This document shows, in pieces, positions 7,931 through 17,740 of a DNA stretch of 64,000 nucleotides (the first letter of the stretch is position 1; each line of letters begins with the position of its first letter). The translations under genes were made by a program, and so were the position numbers. Source of the DNA: an uncultured Pseudomonadota bacterium (GTDB taxonomy: Bacteria; Chloroflexota; UBA5177; JAJPKF01); contig CAWIIC010000005.1 of NCBI GenBank assembly GCA_963836045.1, forward strand, positions 821,646 through 885,645, in the 5' to 3' direction. Below the pieces are notes generated by a model, which saw only the letters and a list, made by a program, of their open reading frames with translations, searched no databases and had not been told where the DNA came from.

Positions 7931-10469
7931 GCTGCCCGTTGGTCAGCCTGTAGTACGCCCGGTTAGGGTACAAGGCCATGAGCCGAACGTCCCTGGGGCC
8001 CTCGTCTCGCGCCCAAACGATGTTACCGTCGAGCAGCGGAGCGTTCTCGGTAAGAACTCCTCCGTACGGCCACCACCGAGTCCTGTTTTGCACCTGGAAT
8101 ACAAGGGCATTGTGCAGGGCTGCACGGTCTACGGCGGTGATGGCGGTTAGGTGTCCGGCTCCATACGAGGAAATGAGTCGGCTGGTGGCCGGAAAGTAGA
8201 CGTTCAGCTCATATAGCAGCAACACCATTGCAAGAGCTACGGGTGGGATAGCGGCCGCGACGCGGCTCCTGGGCAGGCGAATCCCAATCCACAGAGGCCA
8301 GCGATATATTTCTTGTAGGCCTCTGGCAGTGAGCAGGCAGAGCCACGGCACCGAGACATACCAGTAACGCGGGAAGGTAAACCACACGCCGTCCGCAAAG
8401 TAGAAGACATAGGCGCCAATGAGACAAAGGACCGATGCCGCAAAGATCCAGTCCCAGCGCTTCGCGCGCCCAACAATAAACGGAACGGCCACCACAGCGA
8501 GGGCCACGAAGTAGGGCCAGCCGAACAAGCCGCTCTCGAGATGTGCCAGATCGTATGACACGTTCCAAAGTCCGCGAGCGAACGTAAAGTTCGCGCTGTA
8601 TGGCCTTGGGCCGCCGACGTGAGGCCCGAATCCAAGGCGATCAAAAGGCCGCTCGATGGTGTAGGCATTGGTCAGAAAAGCCCCGGTTACCAGGCGGTTG
8701 TACATCAGATAGAGCGACGCAGGCAAAATGGCACCGACGGCCGCCCAGAACAATGCAAGCGGCCGTCGCAGAAAAACTACGACGAATGGGAAAGCCAGCG
8801 CTAGCGCGTCGAGCTCGCGCGTGATGAATGTCATTCCGAACAGAAGCCCGGCTGGTATCAATAGCCGGGCATCGCGCAGGGTGAGGCGCCAAGTTGTTCC
8901 CCGGGTACGCGGTTGTCGCCGATCCCATCGAATGAGGAGATACACGAAGGCTACCAGCAGTAATCCACTCGCGGCATGTGGATAGTAGGATGCTCCCAAG
9001 AAAAGCCAAAACGGAGAGCTCAAGCCCAGCAGGGTGGCGAGGATGGCCACCTTCCACCCGTACAACTCTCGTCCAATGAGATAGACGAAGGCGAGGGATG
9101 CTGCACTCATCAGCGGTCCCACTAGCCAGGGAAGGTGCACCATGATGCCCACAGCTAGGAAGAGCGGCCAACCTGGAGGGTATTTGCCGAACCAGTGGTC
9201 ATGGTAGACGAGGATGAACTGCTGTGAAAAAAAGCTCGGGAGGGCTGGAGCGGGGTCGTACAGGCGGGCGGAAGCCAGAGTCTTGGCCTGGAAGAAGTAA
9301 GCAACTGCATCTTGCACGTTTGGAATTCCCCGATACACCACCGCAGAAATCCAGGCCATTATGACTGCTGACGCTGCAACTGCGGCGCCAGCGACGACGA
9401 CGGAAAGTCTGGCCCAGTTTGTGTCTTGACCCATGGGCACCTGATGAGTCCACGGACCTTCGCGTCGAACCCACTGAATCAGAAGGGCTGCTAGGCCGTA
9501 GACGGGTACGCTAGATACAAGAATCAACATGGCGAGAATGACTGATGGGAGGGCGAGCCGGAGTAGTCGTTTGATCATCTCGGCGTTTTCCAGATCGAAG
9601 ACCGTGGCTCCCTGTCCGGTCCATGGGCCAACTCCGGTTCTGGTCCAGGTATGCCACCAAGCTTGCCGGACGTCCATTCGTACACCGAACATGTAGCCTC
9701 GGTTCGCTTTGTTAACCCCGACCAGCAGTCCCTGAAGCCCTTCTGGGCGCATTAGATCGACCGACAGCACGAAGGTTCCCGTTGGCCTCTCTGGAAGAAA
9801 TCCCGGCACCCCTGGTGGACCAATCAGTTCGCCGCGAACATTGTGCGACCATTTGCCCCTCCCTTCAAGGTTCTTGGGGTAGAAGACGCGCGTACCGGTT
9901 CGTTGGTATTCCACGAGCTTGAGGTTGGCCCACGCCGGGCCCGGGGTCACATAGCGCAGAAGCGTACCCAGCCAGGTCAACGGGGTATCCGCTTGCCGTG
10001 GGAGTGTAGCCTGTCCGGCTGCCGTCATTTTGTTGTCCTGGTGTGTTGGAAGATAGAGGCCGATGCGGCCGGCCGGGTGTGACGGTAGGTCGAGCAGCCC
10101 GAGATTATTACCAAGATCGGCGGAGTAGCCCGTCTGCGTTGTCTGCACCACGAGGTGTATACTGTCGCCCAGTGACCACGAGTACGCGAGAATAAAGAGC
10201 AAGTCAACCGCTACCGCCGCCGCCAGTCGTCGCCGCACTTTCCACCAATTGCTCGACCAGATAAACACGGCAAGGCCTAGAATCGCGATGACGGCCAGGA
10301 CCGGTATCAATTGCTCCTGCCAGATCAGCGTCAGGACCGAGATGATGGCAACGGCGGCCGAACCGATCTGAATGGTGCGGATGACGCCTTTTCGACGCAG
10401 CGGGCGATCCGGCTGAGGGCTATTCGTAATAGTGCCTTCCGGTGAGTCGGCGTCAGCTACGAACGTCAC
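7899..10469 (-). CDS. large membrane glycosyltransferase: uncharacterised N-terminal region of about 330 aa fused to a GT-C (GT39/ArnT-like) polytopic domain
   Basis: 856-aa ORF. The C-terminal 500 aa are multi-TM and resemble ArnT/PMT proteins. The N-terminal part has 2-3 TMs plus a soluble segment with no family I recognise. Confidence 0.55.
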   Translation of the reverse strand: MTFVADADSPEGTITNSPQPDRPLRRKGVIRTIQIGSAAVAIISVLTLIWQEQLIPVLAVIAILGLAVFIWSSNWWKVRRRLAAAVAVDLLFILAYSWSLGDSIHLVVQTTQTGYSADLGNNLGLLDLPSHPAGRIGLYLPTHQDNKMTAAGQATLPRQADTPLTWLGTLLRYVTPGPAWANLKLVEYQRTGTRVFYPKNLEGRGKWSHNVRGELIGPPGVPGFLPERPTGTFVLSVDLMRPEGLQGLLVGVNKANRGYMFGVRMDVRQAWWHTWTRTGVGPWTGQGATVFDLENAEMIKRLLRLALPSVILAMLILVSSVPVYGLAALLIQWVRREGPWTHQVPMGQDTNWARLSVVVAGAAVAASAVIMAWISAVVYRGIPNVQDAVAYFFQAKTLASARLYDPAPALPSFFSQQFILVYHDHWFGKYPPGWPLFLAVGIMVHLPWLVGPLMSAASLAFVYLIGRELYGWKVAILATLLGLSSPFWLFLGASYYPHAASGLLLVAFVYLLIRWDRRQPRTRGTTWRLTLRDARLLIPAGLLFGMTFITRELDALALAFPFVVVFLRRPLALFWAAVGAILPASLYLMYNRLVTGAFLTNAYTIERPFDRLGFGPHVGGPRPYSANFTFARGLWNVSYDLAHLESGLFGWPYFVALAVVAVPFIVGRAKRWDWIFAASVLCLIGAYVFYFADGVWFTFPRYWYVSVPWLCLLTARGLQEIYRWPLWIGIRLPRSRVAAAIPPVALAMVLLLYELNVYFPATSRLISSYGAGHLTAITAVDRAALHNALVFQVQNRTRWWPYGGVLTENAPLLDGNIVWARDEGPRDVRLMALYPNRAYYRLTNGQLTRIYPPPGT

Positions 10470-10550
10470 TGTCCCGGATCCACGCGATCGCGTTCACAAG
10501 GCTTGGTCACAATAACGAACGGGTTCGAACCTGCTTCGTCGTCCGATGGC

Positions 10551-11249
10551 TCAACCAAAAAACCGTCCCCGCAGAAGTACCAGGACGGCGCGTACGCCAT
10601 CATGCCACGTGATCCCTTTTCCTTCTGCGTAGGTCCGTCCGTAGTAGGCGATTGGCATCTCGTAGACCCGGAGACTGGGGTTAGACAAAACTTGCGCTGT
10701 CATCTCAGGCTCTATCCGGAAATCGTTCTGTCGCAGCCGGAAGTTGTCAACCACAGAACGCCGAAACACTTTGTACCCCGTCTCCATATCGGTGAGTGTA
10801 GAGTTGTAGAGAATGTTGGTGAGCAGGGTGAGCAAACGATTGCCGACGAGGTGCCAGAAAAGGTACACGCGTTGCGGCCTCCCTCCCGATAGTCGAGAGC
10901 CGTAGACGACGTCAGCGTGGCCGCTTATGATTGGCTCCAGCAGCCTCGGATATTCGACAGGGTCGTATTCCAAGTCCGCATCCTGGATGATAACGATGTC
11001 TCCCGTCACCACGGCAAAGCCGGTTCTGAGCGCTGCACCTTTGCCACGATTCTCCCGATGCCGTTCGACACGCACTTCGGGATACCGCTCTAGGGCAAGG
11101 AGAATGTCGGCAGTGTTGTCTTGCGACCCATCGTCCACCACGACAATCTCTTTGACAAGCCCAGGTAGGTCCACGGCGAGTACGTTCTCGACGACGGTCG
11201 CCAGGGTCCGGCCCTCATTGTGGGTGGGTATTACGATCGATACTTTCAT
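10551..11249 (-). CDS. GT2 family glycosyltransferase, polyprenyl-phosphate sugar synthase (Dpm1/Ppm1/ArnC-like)
   Basis: MKVSIVIPTHNEG, DDGSQD, and the IIQDADLEYDP (DxD) motif. Length 232 aa. Confidence 0.8.
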   Translation of the reverse strand: MKVSIVIPTHNEGRTLATVVENVLAVDLPGLVKEIVVVDDGSQDNTADILLALERYPEVRVERHRENRGKGAALRTGFAVVTGDIVIIQDADLEYDPVEYPRLLEPIISGHADVVYGSRLSGGRPQRVYLFWHLVGNRLLTLLTNILYNSTLTDMETGYKVFRRSVVDNFRLRQNDFRIEPEMTAQVLSNPSLRVYEMPIAYYGRTYAEGKGITWHDGVRAVLVLLRGRFFG

Positions 11250-11491
11250 GCCGGCTCACCGTGGTCGCGGGCGGATTCGAGTAGATGGGCCACGTAAGGC
11301 AGCGCAGGCAGACACTGCACTTCACACCCTCCCTCAACCGCCGGATCCGTCTAGAGGGGCACCCCGGATACGGCGTCGCGACGGACTATTATATTCGACT
11401 GTCTTCAGGCACTCCCGTTGGCCCTGCTACCGCCGCGAACACGTCTCTGCCTTTTAGCACGACCGTGCCAAGGGTGAGAGTGGTTCGCTAG

Positions 11492-12043
11492 TCACGCGCC
11501 GAATGGAGCTGATTGCAACTCCTCGTGGTGGGCGCCCCCGTGCTCCAGCCGGCTTCGCATGACGCTCAACCCGCGGACCGTGAAGCTTGCAGTTGGGGCA
11601 GAGTTGGTGTTTCTAACAAGGAGGTTCGAGAGCCCTGCGGCATCGGCCGAACCGCCCCGCAGATTGACCCGAGCCAGAGTGATGTGCGGCCGGAAGGGGC
11701 CCTTGTCTTCCGAGCCAAGTCCAACCGCGGAGAGCCCATAATCCAGCATGTCGTGAAGTGCAACAAGGTCTTCTTTACCCTGCTTGATTCCAACCCACAG
11801 AACCCGCGGACGCTTGATTGAAGGAAATGCTCCCAGCCCGCCAACAGTCACTGCAAAGGGTACGGTAGCCTCCCCGACTCGATGCGCCGTTTGGATGACC
11901 TTCTCGACGGCCTCATTGTCAAGAGATGCCATGAATCTCAAGGTAATGTGCAGTTGGTCCGGTTGCACCCAACGGACGTGGCGGTCGCCGGCAGAGAGAT
12001 TCGCTTTGAACTGTAGAAGCCGGTTTCGGACTTGGTCCGGCAC
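11492..12043 (-). CDS. thpR: RNA 2',3'-cyclic phosphodiesterase (2H phosphoesterase, LigT/ThpR)
   Basis: Two HxT/S motifs: HITLRF and HITLAR. Confidence 0.8.
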   Translation of the reverse strand: MPDQVRNRLLQFKANLSAGDRHVRWVQPDQLHITLRFMASLDNEAVEKVIQTAHRVGEATVPFAVTVGGLGAFPSIKRPRVLWVGIKQGKEDLVALHDMLDYGLSAVGLGSEDKGPFRPHITLARVNLRGGSADAAGLSNLLVRNTNSAPTASFTVRGLSVMRSRLEHGGAHHEELQSAPFGA

Positions 12044-12114
12044 CCGGACGCATACGAATATTCGCTGCCTCGATCCGCCGGCAGTCTCGAACCTGACCGC
12101 GCCACCGGCTAGAG

Positions 12115-13218
12115 CTACAGTACGACCAAGGGTATGGTCTGACGAGTCCGTATGCTAACCTGAGCAGCCGTCTTTCGGGCAATCGATTCAAATGCGCTAG
12201 ATTCGCGCGAGTCGGGAGCGTAGGCGGTAACCGGTACCCCTGCATCTCCACTTTTACGTATGGCGAGATCCAACGGAACGCTACCCAGGAAGGGAACATT
12301 CATGCTCTCGGCCGCGGCCTTCGCGCCTCCGGCGCTAAAGATCTCAGTCTCGTGGCCACAGTTGGGACAACAAAAGGAGCTCATGTTTTCGACCATGCCA
12401 AGGATTGGTACATGGAGCTGCCGGAACATAAGCAGTGCCTTGGTTGCAATTCCGAGCGCGACGTCCTGTGGGGTCGATACGATGACCACCCCGGACATTG
12501 GAATCAGCTGAGCCAGGCTGATTTGAGCATCGCCCGTTCCCGGGGGCAGATCGATTATCAGATAGTCGAGATCGCCCCATTTGACGTCCTCGAGAAGTTG
12601 CTTGAGCGCATGACCGATCATAGGGCCACGCCACATGACGGGCTTCTCCCCGGCGATGAATCCCAGCGAAATCAGTTTGACCCCGTAGGCCTCGTTCGGG
12701 ATCATCTTGCTATCTTCGGCCCTAATACCCTCGTGCACTCCCATGAGCTGTGGAACACTGGGACCGTAAACATCCGCGTCCAGCAGGCCTACACGGGCTC
12801 CGGTGGCCGCTAGGGCTGCGGCAATGTTGGCGGAAACCGTCGATTTGCCGACTCCACCCTTGCCGCTACCCACGGCAATGATGTTCTTAACGCCGGGGAG
12901 TTCCAGTTGGTGTGAAGATCCGTTGCCGGCAGTCGATCTTACTTGGGCAGTCATGTTGACGCCGACCGATGAAACTCCGGGAAGCGCCTCGACAGCTTCT
13001 CGAGCTAGAGTCTCGAACTGGTTTCGTATCGGGCAGGCCGGGGTGGTGAGCTCAAACGTGAAAGATACGTCACGGCCCTTCACGCCCGGTCCAATCGTCA
13101 GATCCTTGATCATGCCCAGCGACACGATGTCGCGATGCAAGTCGGGATCCTGAATCTGACGAAGAGCGTCCAGGACCTGCTCTTCCGTTATCTCTGTTTC
13201 GGGTGATGCAGTTGCCAC
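12115..13218 (-). CDS. Mrp/NBP35-family iron-sulfur cluster carrier ATPase
   Basis: Walker A GKGGVGKST, CPNCG motif, and an N-terminal DUF59-like domain. GTG start at 13218. Confidence 0.9.
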   Translation of the reverse strand: MATASPETEITEEQVLDALRQIQDPDLHRDIVSLGMIKDLTIGPGVKGRDVSFTFELTTPACPIRNQFETLAREAVEALPGVSSVGVNMTAQVRSTAGNGSSHQLELPGVKNIIAVGSGKGGVGKSTVSANIAAALAATGARVGLLDADVYGPSVPQLMGVHEGIRAEDSKMIPNEAYGVKLISLGFIAGEKPVMWRGPMIGHALKQLLEDVKWGDLDYLIIDLPPGTGDAQISLAQLIPMSGVVIVSTPQDVALGIATKALLMFRQLHVPILGMVENMSSFCCPNCGHETEIFSAGGAKAAAESMNVPFLGSVPLDLAIRKSGDAGVPVTAYAPDSRESSAFESIARKTAAQVSIRTRQTIPLVVL

Positions 13219-13269
13219 GCTTTGGTGAAAGTCTCCTTGAGTTAAGCCAAGTCTCGATGCCCCATTCTA

Positions 13270-13310
13270 GACAGTTGTCGTGTCTGGCGTAGTGTCAGTC
13301 GTGGTCGACG
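13270..13310 (-). repeat. degenerate heptamer array (ACGACTGACA...ACAACTG on the minus strand) in the mrp leader
   Basis: The minus strand reads CGTCGACCACGACTGACACTACGCCAGACACGACAACTGTC. It shares ACGACTGACA and ACAACTG with the array at 31531. Confidence 0.4.
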
Positions 13311-13395
13311 CATGGATCGGTGCATAGGATCTCGACACCACTGACAGACGCTGTCGTGCTTCGACGCGGCCCGACGAGCCGGGAGCTACGGCTGA

Positions 13396-13433
13396 CAAGA
13401 AAAGCGAGGGGACGCAAGCTTGCGCCCCCTCGC
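13396..13433 (-). terminator. rho-independent terminator downstream of ftsZ
   Basis: On the minus strand, GCGAGGGGGCGCAAGCTTGCGTCCCCTCGC (long GC-rich hairpin with one mismatch) is followed by TTTTCTT, about 25 nt after the ftsZ stop. Confidence 0.8.
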
Positions 13434-13458
13434 TCGTCGGTGACTGGGTCGATAGAAC

Positions 13459-14721
13459 CTAACGACGGCGTATGAACGCTGGAATGTCGAGATCGTCGTC
13501 GTTCCCGGCCTCGGGTCCTTGATAAACGGGCTTTGTCCTGGGGGGTGGCGTTCTTTCCGTGTCTTGAGACGAGTCGGCGCCCGGCCGGGCTGAGGATAGG
13601 CGAGTCTCGGTTCGTGGAACCTCGCGCGCGGGCGACCGGGAGCGGTCGAAGGCGCTCCGGAACCCCCCTCCGCGCTGGCTGGACTGCGTCTGCTTAGGCT
13701 CGAACCCGGTGGCGATCACCGTCACCTGTAGCTCCTCCTTCAGATTCTCGTCAAGCACTGCCCCAAATATGATGTTGGCGTCCGGATCAGCAGCCTCTTG
13801 CACTATGCGCGCCGCTTCACCAACCTCATGAAGCGTGAAGTCGCGTCCCGCGATATTGAGAAGTACTCCCTTGGCGCCTGTTATTGATACGTCCAACAGC
13901 GGACTCGATATTGCGGCCTGGGCCGCATCTGTGGCTCGATTCTCTCCGGCTGCCCGTCCAATGGCCATGAGAGCAGAACCCGAGTGAGACATAACCGCCT
14001 TGACGTCCGCGAAGTCAACGTTGACGACGCCCGTCTCAGTGATGGTATCGGAGATTCCTTGGATGCCCTGATGAAGGACTTCGTCGGCCATTACGAATGC
14101 CTCCAACATGCTTAGCTTGGGATCCGCCAGTGCGAGAAGGCGGTCATTGGGAATCGTGATTAGCGTGTCCACCCGTTCCTTGAGGTTGGTGATCCCTTCC
14201 TCGGCTGAAACACGCCGCTTGCTGCCTTCGAAAGCAAACGGCTTGGTCACCACCCCGACCGTGAGCGCGCCGACCTCTTTAGCGATCTGCGCGATTACGG
14301 GCGTAGCTCCGGTACCCGTACCGCCTCCCATCCCCGCGGTGACAAAGATCATGTCGGCTCCGCGAAGAACCTCGTACAATTCCTCGCTGCTCTCCTCGGC
14401 AGCTTTTTGGCCCACCGCGGGATTCCCGCCGGCTCCGAGGCCCCGCGTGAGCTTCTCGCCTATGTGTATGCGGGTCGGCGCCTCTGAAAGGTTGAGGGCC
14501 TGGCTGTCGGTATTAACCGCAATGAGTTCTACATTGTTCACGCCCGCTCGCACCATGCGGTTCACGGCGTTGCTCCCGCCACCGCCAACACCCACAACTT
14601 TGATCACCGCTTGCTCGGGGATGTCCGATCCGGTGCCGTCTTCCCGTCTTCCCTGCCCAAAATGTCGCATGTTGTCCATGATTCCCTCCGCGACGCTATT
14701 CGCGCCGTCGCTCCAATTCAC
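13459..14721 (-). CDS. ftsZ: cell division GTPase FtsZ
   Basis: GGGTGTGA tubulin signature, NTDSQAL, and the C-terminal peptide [12 protein letters not shown]. Confidence 0.97.
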   Translation of the reverse strand: MNWSDGANSVAEGIMDNMRHFGQGRREDGTGSDIPEQAVIKVVGVGGGGSNAVNRMVRAGVNNVELIAVNTDSQALNLSEAPTRIHIGEKLTRGLGAGGNPAVGQKAAEESSEELYEVLRGADMIFVTAGMGGGTGTGATPVIAQIAKEVGALTVGVVTKPFAFEGSKRRVSAEEGITNLKERVDTLITIPNDRLLALADPKLSMLEAFVMADEVLHQGIQGISDTITETGVVNVDFADVKAVMSHSGSALMAIGRAAGENRATDAAQAAISSPLLDVSITGAKGVLLNIAGRDFTLHEVGEAARIVQEAADPDANIIFGAVLDENLKEELQVTVIATGFEPKQTQSSQRGGGFRSAFDRSRSPAREVPRTETRLSSARPGADSSQDTERTPPPRTKPVYQGPEAGNDDDLDIPAFIRRR

Positions 14722-14775
14722 TACTGCTGTACTGACTGTTCAGACTTGCCGAAATATACCAAACTCGCGTCGCGT

Positions 14776-16018
14776 TTATGGCAGAAACTCCCGCAGCCAG
14801 CGTCCCAGCTTCCCTGAAGCGGGCCGCCACTGCGGGGCGTTTGAGACGGAAACCGATGTTATTGACTCTACCTCTTTATGGCCGGCCCACAACAACAAGC
14901 CGACGCTCGTCGCGTATGCTGGGCGGGTAACGGTGTCGGTGAGGCCAACCACGCCAGAGGGACGACCTACCCTGACCGGCATGCCCAGGACGTCCCGCCC
15001 TAGTCGACGCACCTCGCGTAGTTCGGCAGTGCCTCCTGTCAAGACTACCCCAGCCGGCAGCAGGCGGCCATAGCCCGCCCGTTCTATCTCCCGTCGGACC
15101 AGCGCAAAGATCTCCTGCATCCGAGACTCGATGATTTCTGCAATCAGCTTGCGCGAAACTTGCTCACCCTCCTCGTTGTCAAAGGTCTTCAGCTCGACAG
15201 CATCGTTTGGCTCAAAATCGTCGGCGACCGCGCACCCATACCTGATCTTTACGTCCTCCGCCAGGGAGAAGGGAGCCCTGAGGCCGAGTGCGAGATCGTT
15301 GGTTATATGGTAGCCGCCCACTGCCAGGGTGGCACTGTGACAGACGCCCTGTTCCTGAAAGATCGCGAGGTCTGTCGTGCCACCGCCGATATCGACTAGC
15401 GCTACCCCCAGATCTCGCTCCGCCGTGGTCAGCACGGCTTCACTCGAGCGCGAGGGGCTGCAGCACCAAGTCATCGATCTGGATGCCCGCGCGGCGCACG
15501 GCACGTACCAGGTTGTGGATCGAGGTGGTTGCCGCGGTGACGATGTGCATCTCCGCCTCAAGTCGGTGCCCTGACATCCCGACCGGATCTCTGACCCCCT
15601 CTTGCCCGTCAAGGGTATATCCTCGTGGCAGTACGTGAAGAACCTCGCGGTCCTGGCTGATTGCCTGCACGCGTGCCGCTTCCATGGCTCGATCGACATC
15701 GGTAGAGCTGATCTCGCTGGCGCTGGCCGATACGGCCACCACGCCCCGTGTGTTTAGACCCTGAATATGGGCGCCCGTCACTCCGACAAACGCCGATTCC
15801 ACTCGATAGCCGGAGAGCCTGCCACATTGTTCGACTGCCTCAGCTATGGCCCCGGCCACCTCGTCAATGTTGACGACGACGCCTTTGCGCATGCCCCGAC
15901 TTTCGGCTGTCCCTACCCCTACGATGTTCAGAGCGCGATCTGGCTCGATTTCACCCACCAAGGTGCATATCTTGGTGGTTCCGACATCCAGGGCTACGAC
16001 GGCGTGTTCTTTCGGCAC
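14776..16018 (-). pseudogene. ftsA: ftsA interrupted by a single +1 frameshift (two ORFs: 15440..16018 and 14776..~15450)
   Basis: The N-terminal ORF ends ...IQIDDLVLQPLALE*. The next frame continues SSEAVLTTAERDLGVALVDIGGGTTDLAIF, matching the canonical FtsA junction LEPLAS(S)EAVL. Confidence 0.85.
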
Positions 16019-16037
16019 CGTTATGTACTCATCTGTG

Positions 16038-16751
16038 TTACGGAGCGTACCTCGCGAACGGGGATCGGGAGAGGAGGTTAACAGAGATCAAGCGGCGACT
16101 GCTCTTCTTGTTGATGAACGATCTGAGAGTTGCTATTTTAACTACCAGCTGTCTCGGAGATGGAATCCCTAAGTCTGCAAACCATCCCTGTTTGGAATAC
16201 AGGTATATCCCGCGTCGCTTTCCGAGTACGAAACGTATTCCGACGTTTCGCACTGTCTTGATGGAATACACCACACCTAGCGTGACTGCAGGGCTGATGT
16301 AATCCCCCAGTCCGTAAGCCCTTCCTGAGTTGTTCTGCACGGTCGGGAGAGATGTGGACGCAACCCGCGATATTAGACGGCCATATTGGTCCACTTGGAA
16401 AAGGCTGCTCCCTTGCCTCCACGCAAACACCGGCTTGCGAGCCGTTGCTCGTATGATGACCGTGTCCGGAAGTGATATGTTGACCCCGTTGACGAACACG
16501 TTCGGCACCTGTTCGAGGCTGTGAACGATGCTTGCGCCTCTTATTGTAAAGATGTTGCGACCCTCAGCGCCCGAGGATCGGACAATCGCAGCCACTGGTA
16601 GGTTGCGGCCTTGGACGGATATGTGGCTTACTCGGAACTGAGGTGCTGCAAATCCGACTACGAGAACGAGCGCGGCTATAAGGAATAACCCGTAGCTGGT
16701 GAGAAGTTGCGGCTCGTGCTCGTCTGCCGGCTGTCGCTCATCGGTGCTCAT
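16038..16751 (-). CDS. ftsQ: cell division protein FtsQ/DivIB-like (one TM plus POTRA)
   Basis: Sits between murB and ftsA. It has an N-terminal TM (LFLIAALVLVVGFAA) followed by a POTRA-like segment VSHISVQGRN. Confidence 0.7.
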   Translation of the reverse strand: MSTDERQPADEHEPQLLTSYGLFLIAALVLVVGFAAPQFRVSHISVQGRNLPVAAIVRSSGAEGRNIFTIRGASIVHSLEQVPNVFVNGVNISLPDTVIIRATARKPVFAWRQGSSLFQVDQYGRLISRVASTSLPTVQNNSGRAYGLGDYISPAVTLGVVYSIKTVRNVGIRFVLGKRRGIYLYSKQGWFADLGIPSPRQLVVKIATLRSFINKKSSRRLISVNLLSRSPFARYAP

Positions 16752-17740
16752 GAGACTACAGCCGGCTTAGCGTCCAGCTCCTGAATCCAAATGTTGCCCT
16801 CCCACCGTCCCAGGAGCTGGATCTCGGGCTCGAGCCTGATGCGAAACCGCTCTTCCACGGCTCTCTGCGCCGCCACCATTAAGCGGACGACCTCATCGGC
16901 AGTCGCTTGACCAGTGTTGACTATAAAATTTGCATGCTTCGAGGAGAGCTGAGCGCCTCCCTCGCGCCGCCCCTTCAACCCGGCCAGCTCGATAAGAGAT
17001 CCCGCGCTGCTGCCATCGGGATTCTTAAAAGTTGAGCCGCCGGATGGCTCTGCTATGGGCTGAGTCTCCCGCCGTCGCCCCATCAACTCTCGTATCGTTG
17101 CGGTAGACTGTTCGACCCGGCATGATCGCACTCGGAACCAGCATCGACTGACCGCAAGGCGTGACGTGGTGACGACGAACCCAGCTCCGAGCTTGAGCCT
17201 GCTCTCACGATAGGCGTAGGCCAGGTCGGAGGGGCGAAAGGTTACGATGTTGCCATCCTGATCGATCGCCTCCGCCTTCACTAGGGTTTCGGCGACCGTC
17301 GACCCATGTGCCCCCGCGTTGTTGACGACTCCTGCGCCCAGGGTTCCGGGAATCGCAACTCCCCATTCGAGACCGGTGAACCCACGCTGAGCCGTGAACT
17401 GGGCGGCACGAGCAAAAAACAGGCCGCCGCCGCCCTCAAAGATGCCGTCCTGGCCGCCGGATTCTATGTTCGAGGTTTTTATCCGATTGAGGATTACCAG
17501 TCCCTTCACGCCTGCGTCCGAAACCAGAACGTTACTCCCGCCCCCAAGTACGACCCAGGGCAAGCCAAAGGTGTGCGAGACTGTAACCGCGTTCTGAAGC
17601 GCTTGGAAGCTCTCGGCTACGCCAAAGTAATCGGCGGGCCCCCCGATCCGCCAGCTGGTGTACTTGCTCATCGGCTCGTTCCATGCGGTTCGGGCAAGCC
17701 CGGCTGCGGTCAGGGCTCTGCAGACTGTATCACGGGACAC
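16748..17740 (-). CDS. murB: UDP-N-acetylenolpyruvoylglucosamine reductase
   Basis: YTSWRIGGPADYF and LGGGSNVLVSD, plus the dcw context. Confidence 0.9.
   Translation of the reverse strand: MSRDTVCRALTAAGLARTAWNEPMSKYTSWRIGGPADYFGVAESFQALQNAVTVSHTFGLPWVVLGGGSNVLVSDAGVKGLVILNRIKTSNIESGGQDGIFEGGGGLFFARAAQFTAQRGFTGLEWGVAIPGTLGAGVVNNAGAHGSTVAETLVKAEAIDQDGNIVTFRPSDLAYAYRESRLKLGAGFVVTTSRLAVSRCWFRVRSCRVEQSTATIRELMGRRRETQPIAEPSGGSTFKNPDGSSAGSLIELAGLKGRREGGAQLSSKHANFIVNTGQATADEVVRLMVAAQRAVEERFRIRLEPEIQLLGRWEGNIWIQELDAKPAVVS

Noticed and set aside
14108-15073. 321-aa plus-strand ORF antisense to ftsZ/ftsA. Similar long antisense ORFs occur at 51014-52369, 42586-43362, 43490-44164, 33673-34122 and 19166-19609.
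   Set aside because: They lie opposite genes with unmistakable conserved motifs. Their translations are Arg/Pro/Ser/Gly-rich low-complexity sequences typical of shadow ORFs in GC-rich DNA. None has a recognisable domain.
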